Assembly: GCA_021734445.1 (NCBI GenBank)
Contig: JAIPIY010000001.1
Location: forward strand, 185,306 to 249,305
Length of the DNA stretch: 64,000 bases
Origin: Minisyncoccota bacterium
GTDB taxonomy: Bacteria > Patescibacteriota > Minisyncoccia > Phycocordibacterales > UBA1006
Direction: 5' to 3'
In this document: piece by piece, positions 1 through 10,895 of the stretch
Layout of the letters: every line of letters starts with the position of its first letter
Numbering within the stretch: the first letter of the stretch is position 1
The notes under the pieces: generated by a model
What the model saw: only the letters and a program-made list of their open reading frames with translations
Databases searched by the model: none
Told to the model about the DNA's origin: nothing
Made by a program: the position numbers and the translations under genes

Positions 1-180
1 TACCAATGAATCAACTAATACATGTGTTGTGCGAGATTCAGCAAAAACCGTTGCCGTACGAAAATCTTTTACTGCAGGTTGCACTACCCCAGCAACAACC
101 GCCAGACTGGTAAACATAAACACAATTACTGATGTAATTAATGCGGCGCCCTGATTATATTGTAAAGATTTTTTTTTCAT
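1..180 (-). CDS. Minor pilin/PilX-like protein, N-terminal part (truncated by window edge)
   Basis: Reads MKKKSLQYNQGAALITSVIVFMFTSLAVVAG: class III signal-like G followed by a hydrophobic helix, lacking Glu5 as in PilX/GspK; follows three pilin genes. Confidence 0.6.
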   Translation of the reverse strand, partial: MKKKSLQYNQGAALITSVIVFMFTSLAVVAGVVQPAVKDFRTATVFAESRTTHVLVDSLV

Positions 181-181
181 A

Positions 182-736
182 TTAATAACTACCTTTTATG
201 GTTACACCAAATAATGTATCAATATTTTTTGTTCGAGATCCAGCAAACGCAGTCATACCAATATCAAACGAAATAAAATTTGAATCAGCACCTTCTCCAG
301 CCATTGGATTTGCAGAAACTGATCGCACGAGAAATCGATCAAAGACCACTCCTGTTGGGTTCAATGGTCCTTGTACCACCCCATCTTGTTCTAATACCAA
401 AGATCCTGCATTATCCAAAAAGAAACTGGTAACCTGGGCTACATCATCTTCGGTGCGCGATACGGTCAAGATACTAGAATTCACGCTTAGTGTTGAATCT
501 TGCAATACAATAGTATCTGCATTTCGCACTTCGAATATCATCCGATCAAAACCACTGGTCGTTGTGTGCAATAATGCCCGGGCCATACGAATTTCTTGCA
601 AAGAACCCATTGTCGTAATCAGCGCAGTTACCATAATCCCAGACAACAGCGTAAATAATGCCATGTACATTAATGTCTCAATAAGTGTTACACCTTTTGT
701 ATAAAAACTATTGTTTTGTTTTTTTTGTATAGACAT
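182..736 (-). CDS. Type IV minor pilin/pseudopilin
   Basis: Prepilin motif KGVTLIETLMYMALF. Confidence 0.85.
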   Translation of the reverse strand: MSIQKKQNNSFYTKGVTLIETLMYMALFTLLSGIMVTALITTMGSLQEIRMARALLHTTTSGFDRMIFEVRNADTIVLQDSTLSVNSSILTVSRTEDDVAQVTSFFLDNAGSLVLEQDGVVQGPLNPTGVVFDRFLVRSVSANPMAGEGADSNFISFDIGMTAFAGSRTKNIDTLFGVTIKGSY

Positions 737-739
737 AGA

Positions 740-1222
740 TTAATCGCGGAAAATATCAAAAACGTATCCTTCTTGAGTTTCGACCATTTCGCCCCCCTGC
801 CAAGAAACAGAAATTACCACCCGACGACCCTGCTCATCTTCGTCTCCAGAAGATGCAATGTTGCTATTACCATCTCGGTATACAGGATACAGAGTAATCG
901 CTCTGGAAAACTTACCAAATGAAGATGCGCCGGAAATAATTTCAAAAGCATTCCCATCCCACACAATATCGTACGGATTTTCTGTATCCATTTCTTCTAA
1001 CAATGAAAAGGAAGTATCGCGAGTAAATCGCACCAATTCAAAACCAGTCTCGGCCAATAGCTGAGCCTGTGCGCGGTCTAATGATAATTGATTCATACGT
1101 AAAGCCTGAACAGAAACAAACACCAATGAAATAATCACCGTCAATAATATGGCGCTACCAACAACAACCTCTACTAAACTTATCCCAAAAGATTTCAAAG
1201 TTGTATGTTGTTTATATTTCAT
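740..1222 (-). CDS. Type IV minor pilin (PilV-like)
   Basis: Prepilin motif FGISLVEVVVGSAILL; C-terminal VVISVSW. Confidence 0.8.
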   Translation of the reverse strand: MKYKQHTTLKSFGISLVEVVVGSAILLTVIISLVFVSVQALRMNQLSLDRAQAQLLAETGFELVRFTRDTSFSLLEEMDTENPYDIVWDGNAFEIISGASSFGKFSRAITLYPVYRDGNSNIASSGDEDEQGRRVVISVSWQGGEMVETQEGYVFDIFRD

Positions 1223-1223
1223 A

Positions 1224-1685
1224 TTATGGTGATCTTTCTAATAATCCAGTAGGAGTTACTGTAAAGACATACTCTATTGTACCATCCGAAGACGAAAGAG
1301 TGAACTGTCCAGGATTTGTTATCGCACCAGAAAGACGCGCAAAAGAAAAATCATCCCCGCTGTTTAAATCAATGGAAGATAACGTAAACCCGGATTCAAA
1401 TACAAATTCTTCGATATCATTTGATCCCGTATAAGAATCTCCTTGAAAGAGAATAATAGATTCAGTATCTAGAGCAATTCCGTATGAAGATAATTCTTGT
1501 GAAGATATTGTTTTTGTACGAGCTTCAAAAAATAAACTCTCGATCATTTCAATATGAAATCTGGCAACCTGACGTTGTTCTACACCAGATAACCGAGGAA
1601 TCGTGATCGCAGTAATAATACCAATAATCGCAATGACAATCAGTAGTTCGATTAGAGTGAATCCCTTTTTCCATAATGCAATCAT
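1224..1685 (-). CDS. Type IV pilin (FimT/GspH-like)
   Basis: Canonical KKGFTLIELLIVIAIIGII motif. Confidence 0.88.
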   Translation of the reverse strand: MIALWKKGFTLIELLIVIAIIGIITAITIPRLSGVEQRQVARFHIEMIESLFFEARTKTISSQELSSYGIALDTESIILFQGDSYTGSNDIEEFVFESGFTLSSIDLNSGDDFSFARLSGAITNPGQFTLSSSDGTIEYVFTVTPTGLLERSP

Positions 1686-1686
1686 A

Positions 1687-2901
1687 TTATGAAATTCCTT
1701 CCATTAACGAATACATCGGCGTAATCATAGATACCGCAAAAAATCCAACTGCACCCCCGACAAAAATCATAAGAATAGGTTCCACAATAGTAGATAAATC
1801 TTTTGTTGCAGCAGATACTTCTTCTTCGTAGAAATGTGCGATTTCCAATAACATGGTGGATAATTTTCCGGTTTCTTCTCCTACCTCCATCATTTCTCCT
1901 ACCATTAACGGATACCATCTGGTTGCACCCTTGAAAGCAATGGACAGGGTTTCTCCTTTTTCTACATTTTTTTGTGCTTCGATAATAATATTTTTATAGT
2001 GTACATTTTGTAACACGTCACGGGTAATTTCCAGTGATTGTCCCATGTTCACCCCAGAAGATAACAATGACGACAACGTACGTGCAGTTTGTGCAGCGTA
2101 TGACTGTTGTACAATGCCCCCAATTACAGGAATATGCGGAATAATCCAATCAAAAAAACGAGTTCCTTTTTCTGTTCTAGCCAACCAGGTAATTCCTGAA
2201 AAAAATGCAGCTACACCACCGATTAATAAAATAATATGATTACGCAACAAATCACTGACGGTCATAATAAATCTTGTACTTGCTGGTAATTCCATTTCCA
2301 TATCGGTAAACACTGCAGTTAATGTAGGAACAACATAAATCATCATAAGAACCCCAATAATAATAATTGCACATAATACAACCGCGGGATACATTAATGC
2401 TCCTTTTATTTTTCGTTTCAAGGTATAAGTTTTTTCCAAATGTACACTGATTTCAGAAAGTACGTCGGGCATACCTCCAGATTCTTCTCCTGAACGAACC
2501 ATAGAAATAAAAAATGGTTCGAATACTTTTGGATATTTTTCCAAACTTTGACTAAAGCTTTTCCCTGATTGAATATCAGCTTGAATATCATGCAAGATTG
2601 ATTTGAATAGTTTATTTTTTGTTTGTTTTTCTAAAATAGATAATGCACGTGACAATGCCAATCCGGCAGATAGCATCGATGAAACATTGTGGGTAAAAAA
2701 TATTTTTTCTTTCAAAGACACCTTTCCTAGAAACCGATCGGCGACATCTAACCAAGAACCTTTTTCTGATAATGGAGTCAATGACAAAACCGTTTCTTCT
2801 TTGTCTCGTAATTCCATTAATACAGCATGCTTGTCAGCACCTTCGATATCTCCGGTATTCATGGTGCCTGTTTTTGATTGTGAAACGTAATGAAATTTCA
2901 T
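1687..2901 (-). CDS. pilC: Type IV pilus platform protein (T2SS F family)
   Basis: Two GspF repeats: SMVRSGEESG, GALMYP, MMEVGEETG, VEPILM. Confidence 0.95.
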   Translation of the reverse strand: MKFHYVSQSKTGTMNTGDIEGADKHAVLMELRDKEETVLSLTPLSEKGSWLDVADRFLGKVSLKEKIFFTHNVSSMLSAGLALSRALSILEKQTKNKLFKSILHDIQADIQSGKSFSQSLEKYPKVFEPFFISMVRSGEESGGMPDVLSEISVHLEKTYTLKRKIKGALMYPAVVLCAIIIIGVLMMIYVVPTLTAVFTDMEMELPASTRFIMTVSDLLRNHIILLIGGVAAFFSGITWLARTEKGTRFFDWIIPHIPVIGGIVQQSYAAQTARTLSSLLSSGVNMGQSLEITRDVLQNVHYKNIIIEAQKNVEKGETLSIAFKGATRWYPLMVGEMMEVGEETGKLSTMLLEIAHFYEEEVSAATKDLSTIVEPILMIFVGGAVGFFAVSMITPMYSLMEGIS

Positions 2902-2904
2902 AGA

Positions 2905-4650
2905 TTATTCTGAAACAACGCGTAGGACCTCTTCTTTTGTGGTCATTCCCTGTATTGCAAGAAAAATACCGTCTTCTAATAATGTCATCATGCCATCTTT
3001 TTTTGCTTGTTCTTCTATGTCGTCCCCTGTTGCACCCTGAATAATAAGATTTTTAATTGCCGGGGTGATAGGTAATACTTCGTGAATACCCATACGACCT
3101 TTGAATGCATCTTCTTCATGACCCGAGGTTGGACGATAAAAAGGAACTTTTTCCCAGGTAGCATTTGCATCTACCACATTTTCTTGTTTCAAAAATTGCA
3201 TCATACGGTCTAGATCAATTTCTTTGCCCAACATTGCGACTTCATCTTTATTTAAAAAATATTGCTCTTTTTCTTCTCCTAGTTTACGAACCAAACGTTG
3301 TCCAATAACAACATCTAGTGTTGATACCAAAAGAAAAGGTTCGATTCCCATATCAATCAATCGTGGAACTGACCCAGCAGAAGAATTCGTGTGTAATGTT
3401 GATAGAACAAGGTGTCCCGTCAAAGCAGCATTAGTAGCTAACGAAGCTGTTTCTGTATCTCGAATTTCACCCACCATGAGAATATCTGGATCTTGACGCA
3501 ACAATGAACGAAGGCCATTTGCAAACGTAAAACCAATATCCGCACGTACCTGGCTTTGGTTGATGCGTGGCATTTGGTATTCAATAGGATCTTCGACGGT
3601 TGAAATATTTACGTCCGGAGTATTTAAAATATCTAATAATGTATACAACGTTGTTGATTTTCCAGAACCCGTTGGCCCTGTTGCCAAAATCATTCCTGTT
3701 TTATGTTTCAATGCACGATGAATAGATTCCAATCCTTGCCCATGAAATCCAAGACCTTCTAATGTAAAACCAGAAACTGATTCACGCAATAAACGCATAA
3801 CAATTTTTTCACCATAGTAGGTTGGCAATATCGAAACACGGAATGAAACTTTTTCATTATTCAAATCAATTTTGAAACGACCATCTTGGGGCAATCTTTT
3901 TTCATCTAATTTCAAATTAGACAGAACCTTGATACGTGCAGACAATCCCGAACCAGCGGTTTTTGGTAATTCCATAGCATCCCGCAAAATACCATCGATA
4001 CGATACCTCACCACCACACCCTTTTCATGTGGTTCGATATGGATATCAGAAGCACCCTGTAAAATAGCATGTGATAACAAGGTATCTACAATTTTTACCA
4101 CCGGTAAATCTTCTGCTAATTTTTTCAAATCTTCTTCCGATTGATTATCAGAAACATCATCATTAATTTTTTCTAAATGGATAGATTCTTTTTTGATAAT
4201 ATCATCAAATTCCCCCTGTAGACTTTTTCGGTATTGTAGTAATACATTTTTAATAGATTCAGTAGATGTCAGACGTGGCAATACTCGCAGTCCAACCTTT
4301 TTTTTAATAAATTCTATCGCAGGTAAATCACCCACATCCAACATGGCAACCTCTAACCCTGCAGGCGTTTTACGATAAGCAACCAAATTATGATTGCGGG
4401 CAATAGGTTCAGGGATCAAAGACAATACATCCATAGAAATCTTTTCGTGCGACAAATCAACAAAAGGAATTCCTGTCGCCCAAGCTTTTACACGACGAAG
4501 ACCATCTTCGGAAACATCATTGTTCGACAATAACACTTCTTCAATTGTTTTTCCTGTTTTTTTCGCTTGGGTTTCTGCATTTTTTAATACAGCAGAAGAA
4601 ACCATTCCAGCATCAAGTAAAAATTCTTTTAGTCTGTCTTCAGGACTCAT
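2905..4650 (-). CDS. pilB: Type IV pilus assembly ATPase (GspE/PilB family)
   Basis: Walker A GPTGSGKS, EDPIEY, LRQDPDILMVGEIRD, STLHTN. Confidence 0.96.
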   Translation of the reverse strand: MSPEDRLKEFLLDAGMVSSAVLKNAETQAKKTGKTIEEVLLSNNDVSEDGLRRVKAWATGIPFVDLSHEKISMDVLSLIPEPIARNHNLVAYRKTPAGLEVAMLDVGDLPAIEFIKKKVGLRVLPRLTSTESIKNVLLQYRKSLQGEFDDIIKKESIHLEKINDDVSDNQSEEDLKKLAEDLPVVKIVDTLLSHAILQGASDIHIEPHEKGVVVRYRIDGILRDAMELPKTAGSGLSARIKVLSNLKLDEKRLPQDGRFKIDLNNEKVSFRVSILPTYYGEKIVMRLLRESVSGFTLEGLGFHGQGLESIHRALKHKTGMILATGPTGSGKSTTLYTLLDILNTPDVNISTVEDPIEYQMPRINQSQVRADIGFTFANGLRSLLRQDPDILMVGEIRDTETASLATNAALTGHLVLSTLHTNSSAGSVPRLIDMGIEPFLLVSTLDVVIGQRLVRKLGEEKEQYFLNKDEVAMLGKEIDLDRMMQFLKQENVVDANATWEKVPFYRPTSGHEEDAFKGRMGIHEVLPITPAIKNLIIQGATGDDIEEQAKKDGMMTLLEDGIFLAIQGMTTKEEVLRVVSE

Positions 4651-4723
4651 AGTAGCTTTATTATATCATAGAACAGTCAAGAAAAAATATTTCTTGACTG
4701 TTCATAAATCAAAAAAGTGGGAA

Positions 4724-4756
4724 TACTAAAACCCCTCAAGATGAGGGGTTTTAGTA
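4724..4756 (-). terminator. Intrinsic terminator
   Basis: 15-bp inverted repeat TACTAAAACCCCTCA/TGAGGGGTTTTAGTA downstream of 4873..7386. Confidence 0.7.
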
Positions 4757-4872
4757 AAGAAATTTCTATATCAAGATTATATCATTTTGAATTTTCGTGG
4801 CAATGGTAATTATTAACTGTTGTTAACAAGAACTACCCTTTCTAATCCTTGGGTGTTTTTTGATTTATACTT

Positions 4873-7386
4873 TTAGTTCACTTTCAAACAAATAGCTTCT
4901 GCATGTGCATCATTTGATTCTGCACCAGAGCATTGAACCCGCCAACCTTGTACATTATTAAATCTTGGTGTATCTAAAATATTTGTTGGGGTACATGAAC
5001 CACCAGCACTCGCTCCGGTACCACTAGTAGAAGGACAATTACCATTCATAACAGGAACAGGTTGAGATATTTTTATTTCACTTTCACAATCTCCTCCACC
5101 ACCTATAACGATATAACCAACTGGACACCACGCATAGGCAACATGGACCGGATTATCTCGACGAACACGAACAATGGAATCACCCTGTATTAGACTACTA
5201 TTAATTGTTTTCCAAGCTGCACTACCTGTTGCATCTGATGTAAGGACTTTTCCATCACCAGGGTCACCACCTGTTATTTTTACTTTTCCTAATATATCTA
5301 ACTTTGTCTCTGTTAATTGAGATGAATGACCGATAACAGTTTTGGAATTTTGATTGGTTGACATAGACACATAATTGGGCATTGAAGTAAACGGTGTATT
5401 AATTTGTGTAGCATTAGTACTAGAACGAACTCCTGAATTACTAACCCATTCACCTTCACCAGGTGCAGTACTGACCCAAACCAGAGTAGATCCAAGACCT
5501 AATACAACATCACCATCTGGTAATGCATCTGATTCCCAAGTTGCAAGACCATTACTATCTGAAGTCAACACTTTTCCTTGACCAGGATTACCACCACGAA
5601 TTTTTACTAGTCCAGAAACGTCCAGACCAAGATTCTGATTAGTTACCGGAAGGCCAACATAGGTAATACTTCCATTAGACAGCCCTAAAATTGATGATCC
5701 TGCAACAATAAGATCTGAAGTACCCGACATTGTTGAACCAAGGTTGGCTCCAATACGAACTTTTCCAGATCCATTTGCAAGAAGAGTGTTATTAAGAACC
5801 CATGCAGTCCCATTCCAACGAAGAGTAGCGTCATTTGTTCCAGCAGGTAATGTGCTTGGGGCTGGACGCCATCGAGCATTACCACTAGAATCAATAGCTG
5901 TTAAGACATCTCCGGCCACAATAGCAGGACTAGCATTTGTGCTTCGAAATCTTACCTCTCCTGCAACATCAAGCATTGCATTAATACCACCAAAACTGAC
6001 CCCAGCATTAGAACCAGCTCCAACCTGAGTTGTATTTAATCCAACCCCAAGACCTTCTGGGAAAACACTAGTATTACGCGCATGTATCGCACCCTCTACG
6101 TCAAGTTTACGTAGAGGGTTTGCAATACCGATACCTACATTTCCTGTATTTTCTTTTATAACAAGAGCATTTTGTGCTTGAAAAGTATTTAATGATAACC
6201 CGGAACCATTTGTTGCACGGATAAATTGATGCTGATCACCAAGATAAAGAGAGGCATTGGTTCCTGACCCAGCCCAAGTACCACGAGCTCTAATATCTCC
6301 GCTAACATCTAATTTATAACCTGGGTTTGTAGCCCCGACACCAACACTTGTCCCATTATCAAACAATTGAGAATTTCCCAATGTAGTTCCGTCGGGTGTC
6401 CATTTTGAAAGATAATTAAGTGTTCCAGAACCAGTAATTCCTGTAACACCTACTGGTTGTTGAACAATCCAAGTTGTTCCATTCCAAACCAAGATATCCC
6501 CATTAGTAGAACCGTTAGGCAAACCATTTGGAGCTGGTTGCCATGTTGCATAACCTTGTGCGTCAGATGTTAACACGCTACCTGCGGCAGGTGTTACACC
6601 TCCAATGCCACGATATCTAAAAGTTCCTGCCAGATTTAATGTAGGAGATTGCCCCCCCATACCCTCAGCAGCAACAGATGCATTAGCAGGATTATACGCG
6701 TCAAATATTTTAACAGAATTACCAGAACTTGATAAGCCAGATTCTGCTGTCCAACCAAATACACCCGGTGAAATCACTCCATATCTTAGTGTTTGATTAA
6801 ATGTACCTGCAGGTAAATTAGTTCCACCAGAAGCAGGTGCCCAAGTCACTAATCCAGTTGAATCAACAGCAGTCAATACATCACCTGGATTATTAGGGGT
6901 CATTCCTCTTACCGAAAATTGACCATTTTGATTAACACTAATACCACTTAACGCATCAGCATCATTGACTTGCCCTGCACGGAAAACATCTATTGGATTA
7001 GAGGTCGACTGAAAAAAATTCGTCGATGTTTTCCATCCTGCAAAAGTTGATCCATTATTTTTAACAAAAAGAGCTATTGGATTAACACCAATACCGCCGG
7101 CCTTGAACAAATTATGACTACCAGTCGCACCAATATCACCACAAGATGTTCCACCACCAACCAAAACAGACCCTGACTGACAAGGCTGTATATCAACCTT
7201 GTGACTACCAAAAAATGGAGCACTTAGGATACCTTGTTTAATTTGTGCAAAAGGTCCAACGTTCAATGGTGCAATGTTTGCCCCACCTCCTGTTGGCGCT
7301 CCGCCTGGATAGGTAAAGGCAGATGTCTGTAATCCAAAAGCCAATACAGAGAATGCAAATAATGATGTGATAATAATTTTTTTCAT
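4873..7386 (-). CDS. Secreted Gly/Ser/Thr-rich fibre/adhesin-like surface protein
   Basis: Signal peptide; repeated VLT(S/A)DxxGxAxW, LPxG..LxW and GxVGIG..LDVxG motifs resembling phage tail-fibre-type repeats; Cys-containing C-terminal domain. Confidence 0.7.
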   Translation of the reverse strand: MKKIIITSLFAFSVLAFGLQTSAFTYPGGAPTGGGANIAPLNVGPFAQIKQGILSAPFFGSHKVDIQPCQSGSVLVGGGTSCGDIGATGSHNLFKAGGIGVNPIALFVKNNGSTFAGWKTSTNFFQSTSNPIDVFRAGQVNDADALSGISVNQNGQFSVRGMTPNNPGDVLTAVDSTGLVTWAPASGGTNLPAGTFNQTLRYGVISPGVFGWTAESGLSSSGNSVKIFDAYNPANASVAAEGMGGQSPTLNLAGTFRYRGIGGVTPAAGSVLTSDAQGYATWQPAPNGLPNGSTNGDILVWNGTTWIVQQPVGVTGITGSGTLNYLSKWTPDGTTLGNSQLFDNGTSVGVGATNPGYKLDVSGDIRARGTWAGSGTNASLYLGDQHQFIRATNGSGLSLNTFQAQNALVIKENTGNVGIGIANPLRKLDVEGAIHARNTSVFPEGLGVGLNTTQVGAGSNAGVSFGGINAMLDVAGEVRFRSTNASPAIVAGDVLTAIDSSGNARWRPAPSTLPAGTNDATLRWNGTAWVLNNTLLANGSGKVRIGANLGSTMSGTSDLIVAGSSILGLSNGSITYVGLPVTNQNLGLDVSGLVKIRGGNPGQGKVLTSDSNGLATWESDALPDGDVVLGLGSTLVWVSTAPGEGEWVSNSGVRSSTNATQINTPFTSMPNYVSMSTNQNSKTVIGHSSQLTETKLDILGKVKITGGDPGDGKVLTSDATGSAAWKTINSSLIQGDSIVRVRRDNPVHVAYAWCPVGYIVIGGGGDCESEIKISQPVPVMNGNCPSTSGTGASAGGSCTPTNILDTPRFNNVQGWRVQCSGAESNDAHAEAICLKVN

Positions 7387-7449
7387 AATGTGTTTCTTTA
7401 TTAATAAAACTTGTCTTGTAATAATTGTACTATAAACGGTTATAAAATT

Positions 7450-8874
7450 CTATATCTCCTGGAATCCCGGTCGTGGAATCCCTCCTCCTGGTCCTGGGCC
7501 ACATTGTGGGGATATAACAATTATTGTGCTATCTGAAACCATTACCCCATTTGCGCCCGTACAACTCAGTGTATAAGAAGTAGGAGAAGTCGATGCAGTA
7601 ACGGATGCAGAATCTGGTCCGTTTGTAATTACCTGGGAAATGGATGGTGACATTGTACAATTACCTACAGCATTTGAAACATTCCAATTTAACGTTCCGT
7701 TGCTATCAGTAGTACAAGATGCAGATAAACTTACTGAAGCGCCACCCGCAGGACACATAGACAGTACAGTTTGCCCCGTATAAGAATTAATATCATTAAT
7801 ATCATTACTCATACAAGATGCGTAAAAGATAATATCTGGATTAAGATCTGTAGATTGAATAATATTCGTATTCATCATTGCATCGTTACTACCTGAATAG
7901 AAAGTTGATTGATCAAGAACATTAGGGCTTGACGTAAATTGACATGTACTCATATCAACATCTTGACCCTGTGCAATAATAATTGCTCCCTGGCCAGGAA
8001 TAATACAAGACGGTTTTGTATAAAGATTTATTTGAGGGTTAAAAGTTACAGAAGTATCTTTAATACACAATGTAGGATCGCTAGGATCAATCACATATCC
8101 TTGTGGAATAAAATAATGAGGTCCGCCTGTAACGTTTGTACAATATACTGGTGGATTTGGATTTAACTGAACCATGACACCTTTGAAAAATATCCAACCC
8201 AAATCAATATCACCCCACGCATATCCATATAATTCAGCCATTCCTGTTATTGGATCATAGCTAATCATATTCACACCATATGGTTGGCCGTTTTGTGCAA
8301 CTCCACCCAAACTAATCCATCCATCCCAACCACCACGTGCTAACGGATCTAATAACGCACCACTACATCCAGATTGAAAAACGGCGCACGCACGCGCCCA
8401 ACCTTCTAATCGTCCATTTTGAATATCTAAACGTGCCATTACTGCTGGAACAAAACCATCTGGAGTAACATCTCCTGCACCCTGAAATCGAATATACCCA
8501 CTGGCATTACCCATAATAACAGGGTTCATACCACCACTATGCGTTGCACCCAAAAAAGAAGAGTATGCATACCCTGTCATTTCTCCTGTATTAGGATTAA
8601 CCGTTACAGACCAAGTTTGTGAAGGAGGAGCCCAAGGAGGGGTTAATGTTGCAAAATCATCAGAATCAAAACTAATCCAACCACCACCACGTCCATATGC
8701 GCCACCTCCGGGAAAATTTGTTTGATCTGAAGGATCTCCTGCATCAGACCATGCAAAACCTGACATAGTGCCAGGAGTATTTTGTGCAAATACCGAAGTA
8801 TCCGCCAAAAATATAGCAAATACACCAATAAGAGAAGCTAGCCCGACGAACATCATGTGGCGAAAATGCATCAT
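7450..8874 (-). CDS. Secreted surface protein with GxAW..GWIxF repeats
   Basis: Signal peptide; GFAWS, GWISF, GWARAC, GWISL, GYAWG..GWIFF; Cys-paired beta-rich C-terminus ending FQEI. Confidence 0.75.
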   Translation of the reverse strand: MMHFRHMMFVGLASLIGVFAIFLADTSVFAQNTPGTMSGFAWSDAGDPSDQTNFPGGGAYGRGGGWISFDSDDFATLTPPWAPPSQTWSVTVNPNTGEMTGYAYSSFLGATHSGGMNPVIMGNASGYIRFQGAGDVTPDGFVPAVMARLDIQNGRLEGWARACAVFQSGCSGALLDPLARGGWDGWISLGGVAQNGQPYGVNMISYDPITGMAELYGYAWGDIDLGWIFFKGVMVQLNPNPPVYCTNVTGGPHYFIPQGYVIDPSDPTLCIKDTSVTFNPQINLYTKPSCIIPGQGAIIIAQGQDVDMSTCQFTSSPNVLDQSTFYSGSNDAMMNTNIIQSTDLNPDIIFYASCMSNDINDINSYTGQTVLSMCPAGGASVSLSASCTTDSNGTLNWNVSNAVGNCTMSPSISQVITNGPDSASVTASTSPTSYTLSCTGANGVMVSDSTIIVISPQCGPGPGGGIPRPGFQEI

Positions 8875-9233
8875 ATATTTGATTGGTTAAACATATTCAT
8901 AAATTCTTCATTTGATTGTTGTACTTTTTCTTGTTCAGCTGGATCAGTTACCGGTTCTGGTGTTTCTGAGGTATTTTCAACATCATTTGTGTTTTCTCCA
9001 GAAAATGCATCAAAGAAAAGTTCGTTTGATTGTGAAATCTCTTGTTGAATACGCATACTGTCTTCTTCTGTATAATTATATTCAGGTGCTGTCATCGTAG
9101 TAAAATCAACAGCAGGTACTGATTCATCAAATTTCTTTTGATCCTGAATAACAAAAATCACCACAAGGACAATAACAACCAAAAGAATGATTGTAATCCA
9201 GATCCATAGGTGTGGTGATTTTTTTTCTGGCAT
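8871..9233 (-). CDS. Hypothetical single-pass membrane protein
   Basis: N-terminal TM helix, acidic tail, overlaps next gene. Confidence 0.7.
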   Translation of the reverse strand: MPEKKSPHLWIWITIILLVVIVLVVIFVIQDQKKFDESVPAVDFTTMTAPEYNYTEEDSMRIQQEISQSNELFFDAFSGENTNDVENTSETPEPVTDPAEQEKVQQSNEEFMNMFNQSNI

Positions 9234-9236
9234 AGA

Positions 9237-9488
9237 TTAGTTTGATTGTGCTTCTAATTCTAACATTAACGCTGCGATTTCTTCTTCGGTCAAAGGTTCA
9301 GGAGCTGGCTGTGCTTCTAGTTCTGCCATGAGCTCCGAAACTTCTTCTTCGTTCATCGGTTCTGCTGATTGACCATCAGACAAAGAAGATTTTTTTGGTG
9401 CACGAAGTGCAATAATAATAACCACTAAGAGAAGAACACTGATAAGAAGAAGGATAATAGTACGAAACGATGAATTGCTTTTTTCCAT
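9237..9488 (-). CDS. Small single-pass membrane protein
   Basis: N-terminal TM helix and two EP(M/L)xEEE..LMxELEAQ repeats. Confidence 0.65.
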   Translation of the reverse strand: MEKSNSSFRTIILLLISVLLLVVIIIALRAPKKSSLSDGQSAEPMNEEEVSELMAELEAQPAPEPLTEEEIAALMLELEAQSN

Positions 9489-9555
9489 ATACTTTTTATT
9501 ATAACAGAAAAAAAATAAAACAACAGCAATGTGGGGAAAAGATTAGGAGATAGCT

Positions 9556-10803
9556 CTAAAGAACAAACTTACCATTTTTGTAGATGATAATTTCTTTACC
9601 ATCTTTTGTGTGTGCAACTACCGTTCGTGGTGTTGTGGAAATAATATCCGTATGTACCGAAGAATCATTGAATCCCAATTTTTTCCAACCAGCTGACGAA
9701 ACCGCAGTAGGATCACCATCATAACAATCATGATATGACATACCAACCGCAATATGTGTATTTCCGTTTGGCCCACCCATATTTTCATCAAATAATGTTT
9801 CAGCCATGAATTTTGTAATACGTGATAACCGTTTGTCAGTTAATGACCATTCTCCGACTTTGTTTGCGCCTGGGACCGCGATCATTTCACGTAATACATG
9901 TTGATTTTTGCTAGCTGTTGCTTCTACTACTAGACCTTTTTCAAATCGCAAGAAAATATCTGTAATCAAATTACCATATCTATATAATGGTTGATTGAAT
10001 TTTACCCAACCTTGTGCCCCTCGCCAATCTGGGGATGTAAACAATTCAAACGATGGAATATTACGACCTGAACCTCCTATGAATTTTCTTTTTTCTCCTG
10101 GGGTAATCCACAAATCAATATCAGGCCCGATAATATGAAATTTTTCTGTCTTTTTTGTAACTTCATTTAATTTCTTTTCATACACTGCCATATCTGCATA
10201 TAATTTTTTCCATACAGCAATGGGATCTTTTTTATCTAGATAACATGCACGGATAATCTGATCCCAATATTCTTGTACTGATAAATTTGCTTCGTCTGCC
10301 ATCGCCTGTGTGCCGTATAGTCCCAATGTCCAGGTAAATTTTCCCGCATTTTCTTTTTTCGTTAACCAATCACGAAAAGGTTTTACCGCACGACCTGATT
10401 GCATAATTTTCTTTGGATCTACACCGTGTAATGCATGCTTGTTTGCTTCGGAGACAATTGATATTTGATGATCAATAGTATCCGCCATCGCGCGAAGATA
10501 TTTTTTAGGGAAAAAATTTACCTGAGACTCGTCTGCATAATCAAAAAAATCTTTTGACATATTTAACGGTCGGTCATCCATACCAATATCATCGGGAACA
10601 TAATTTCCAATTACATGCCCACCTGATTTAATGACTGCTTTTTTTAATTCTGCATACAATGGTTTTGCAGATTCTGGACACGAAATACGCACCACGTCTC
10701 CACGTTTGATTCCCTTGCCGGAATTTAGTGCAAAATTAACCAGCACATTGGCATATTTTTCTAAAACTTTTTGTGGTGGGTGATACGGTATATTTTTTTT
10801 CAT
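9556..10803 (-). CDS. Aminopeptidase, M29 family (AmpS/aminopeptidase T-like)
   Basis: NIPSFELFTSP, GEWSL, TLFDENMGG..HIAVG, NDSSVHTD. Confidence 0.92.
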   Translation of the reverse strand: MKKNIPYHPPQKVLEKYANVLVNFALNSGKGIKRGDVVRISCPESAKPLYAELKKAVIKSGGHVIGNYVPDDIGMDDRPLNMSKDFFDYADESQVNFFPKKYLRAMADTIDHQISIVSEANKHALHGVDPKKIMQSGRAVKPFRDWLTKKENAGKFTWTLGLYGTQAMADEANLSVQEYWDQIIRACYLDKKDPIAVWKKLYADMAVYEKKLNEVTKKTEKFHIIGPDIDLWITPGEKRKFIGGSGRNIPSFELFTSPDWRGAQGWVKFNQPLYRYGNLITDIFLRFEKGLVVEATASKNQHVLREMIAVPGANKVGEWSLTDKRLSRITKFMAETLFDENMGGPNGNTHIAVGMSYHDCYDGDPTAVSSAGWKKLGFNDSSVHTDIISTTPRTVVAHTKDGKEIIIYKNGKFVL

Positions 10804-10895
10804 ATGTTGGTGATTATAGCAAAATCTGAAACATATGTCTTTTTCAATAACAAAAAACCACCCTCGGGTGGTTTTTTGTTTCTTTATAATTTTAA

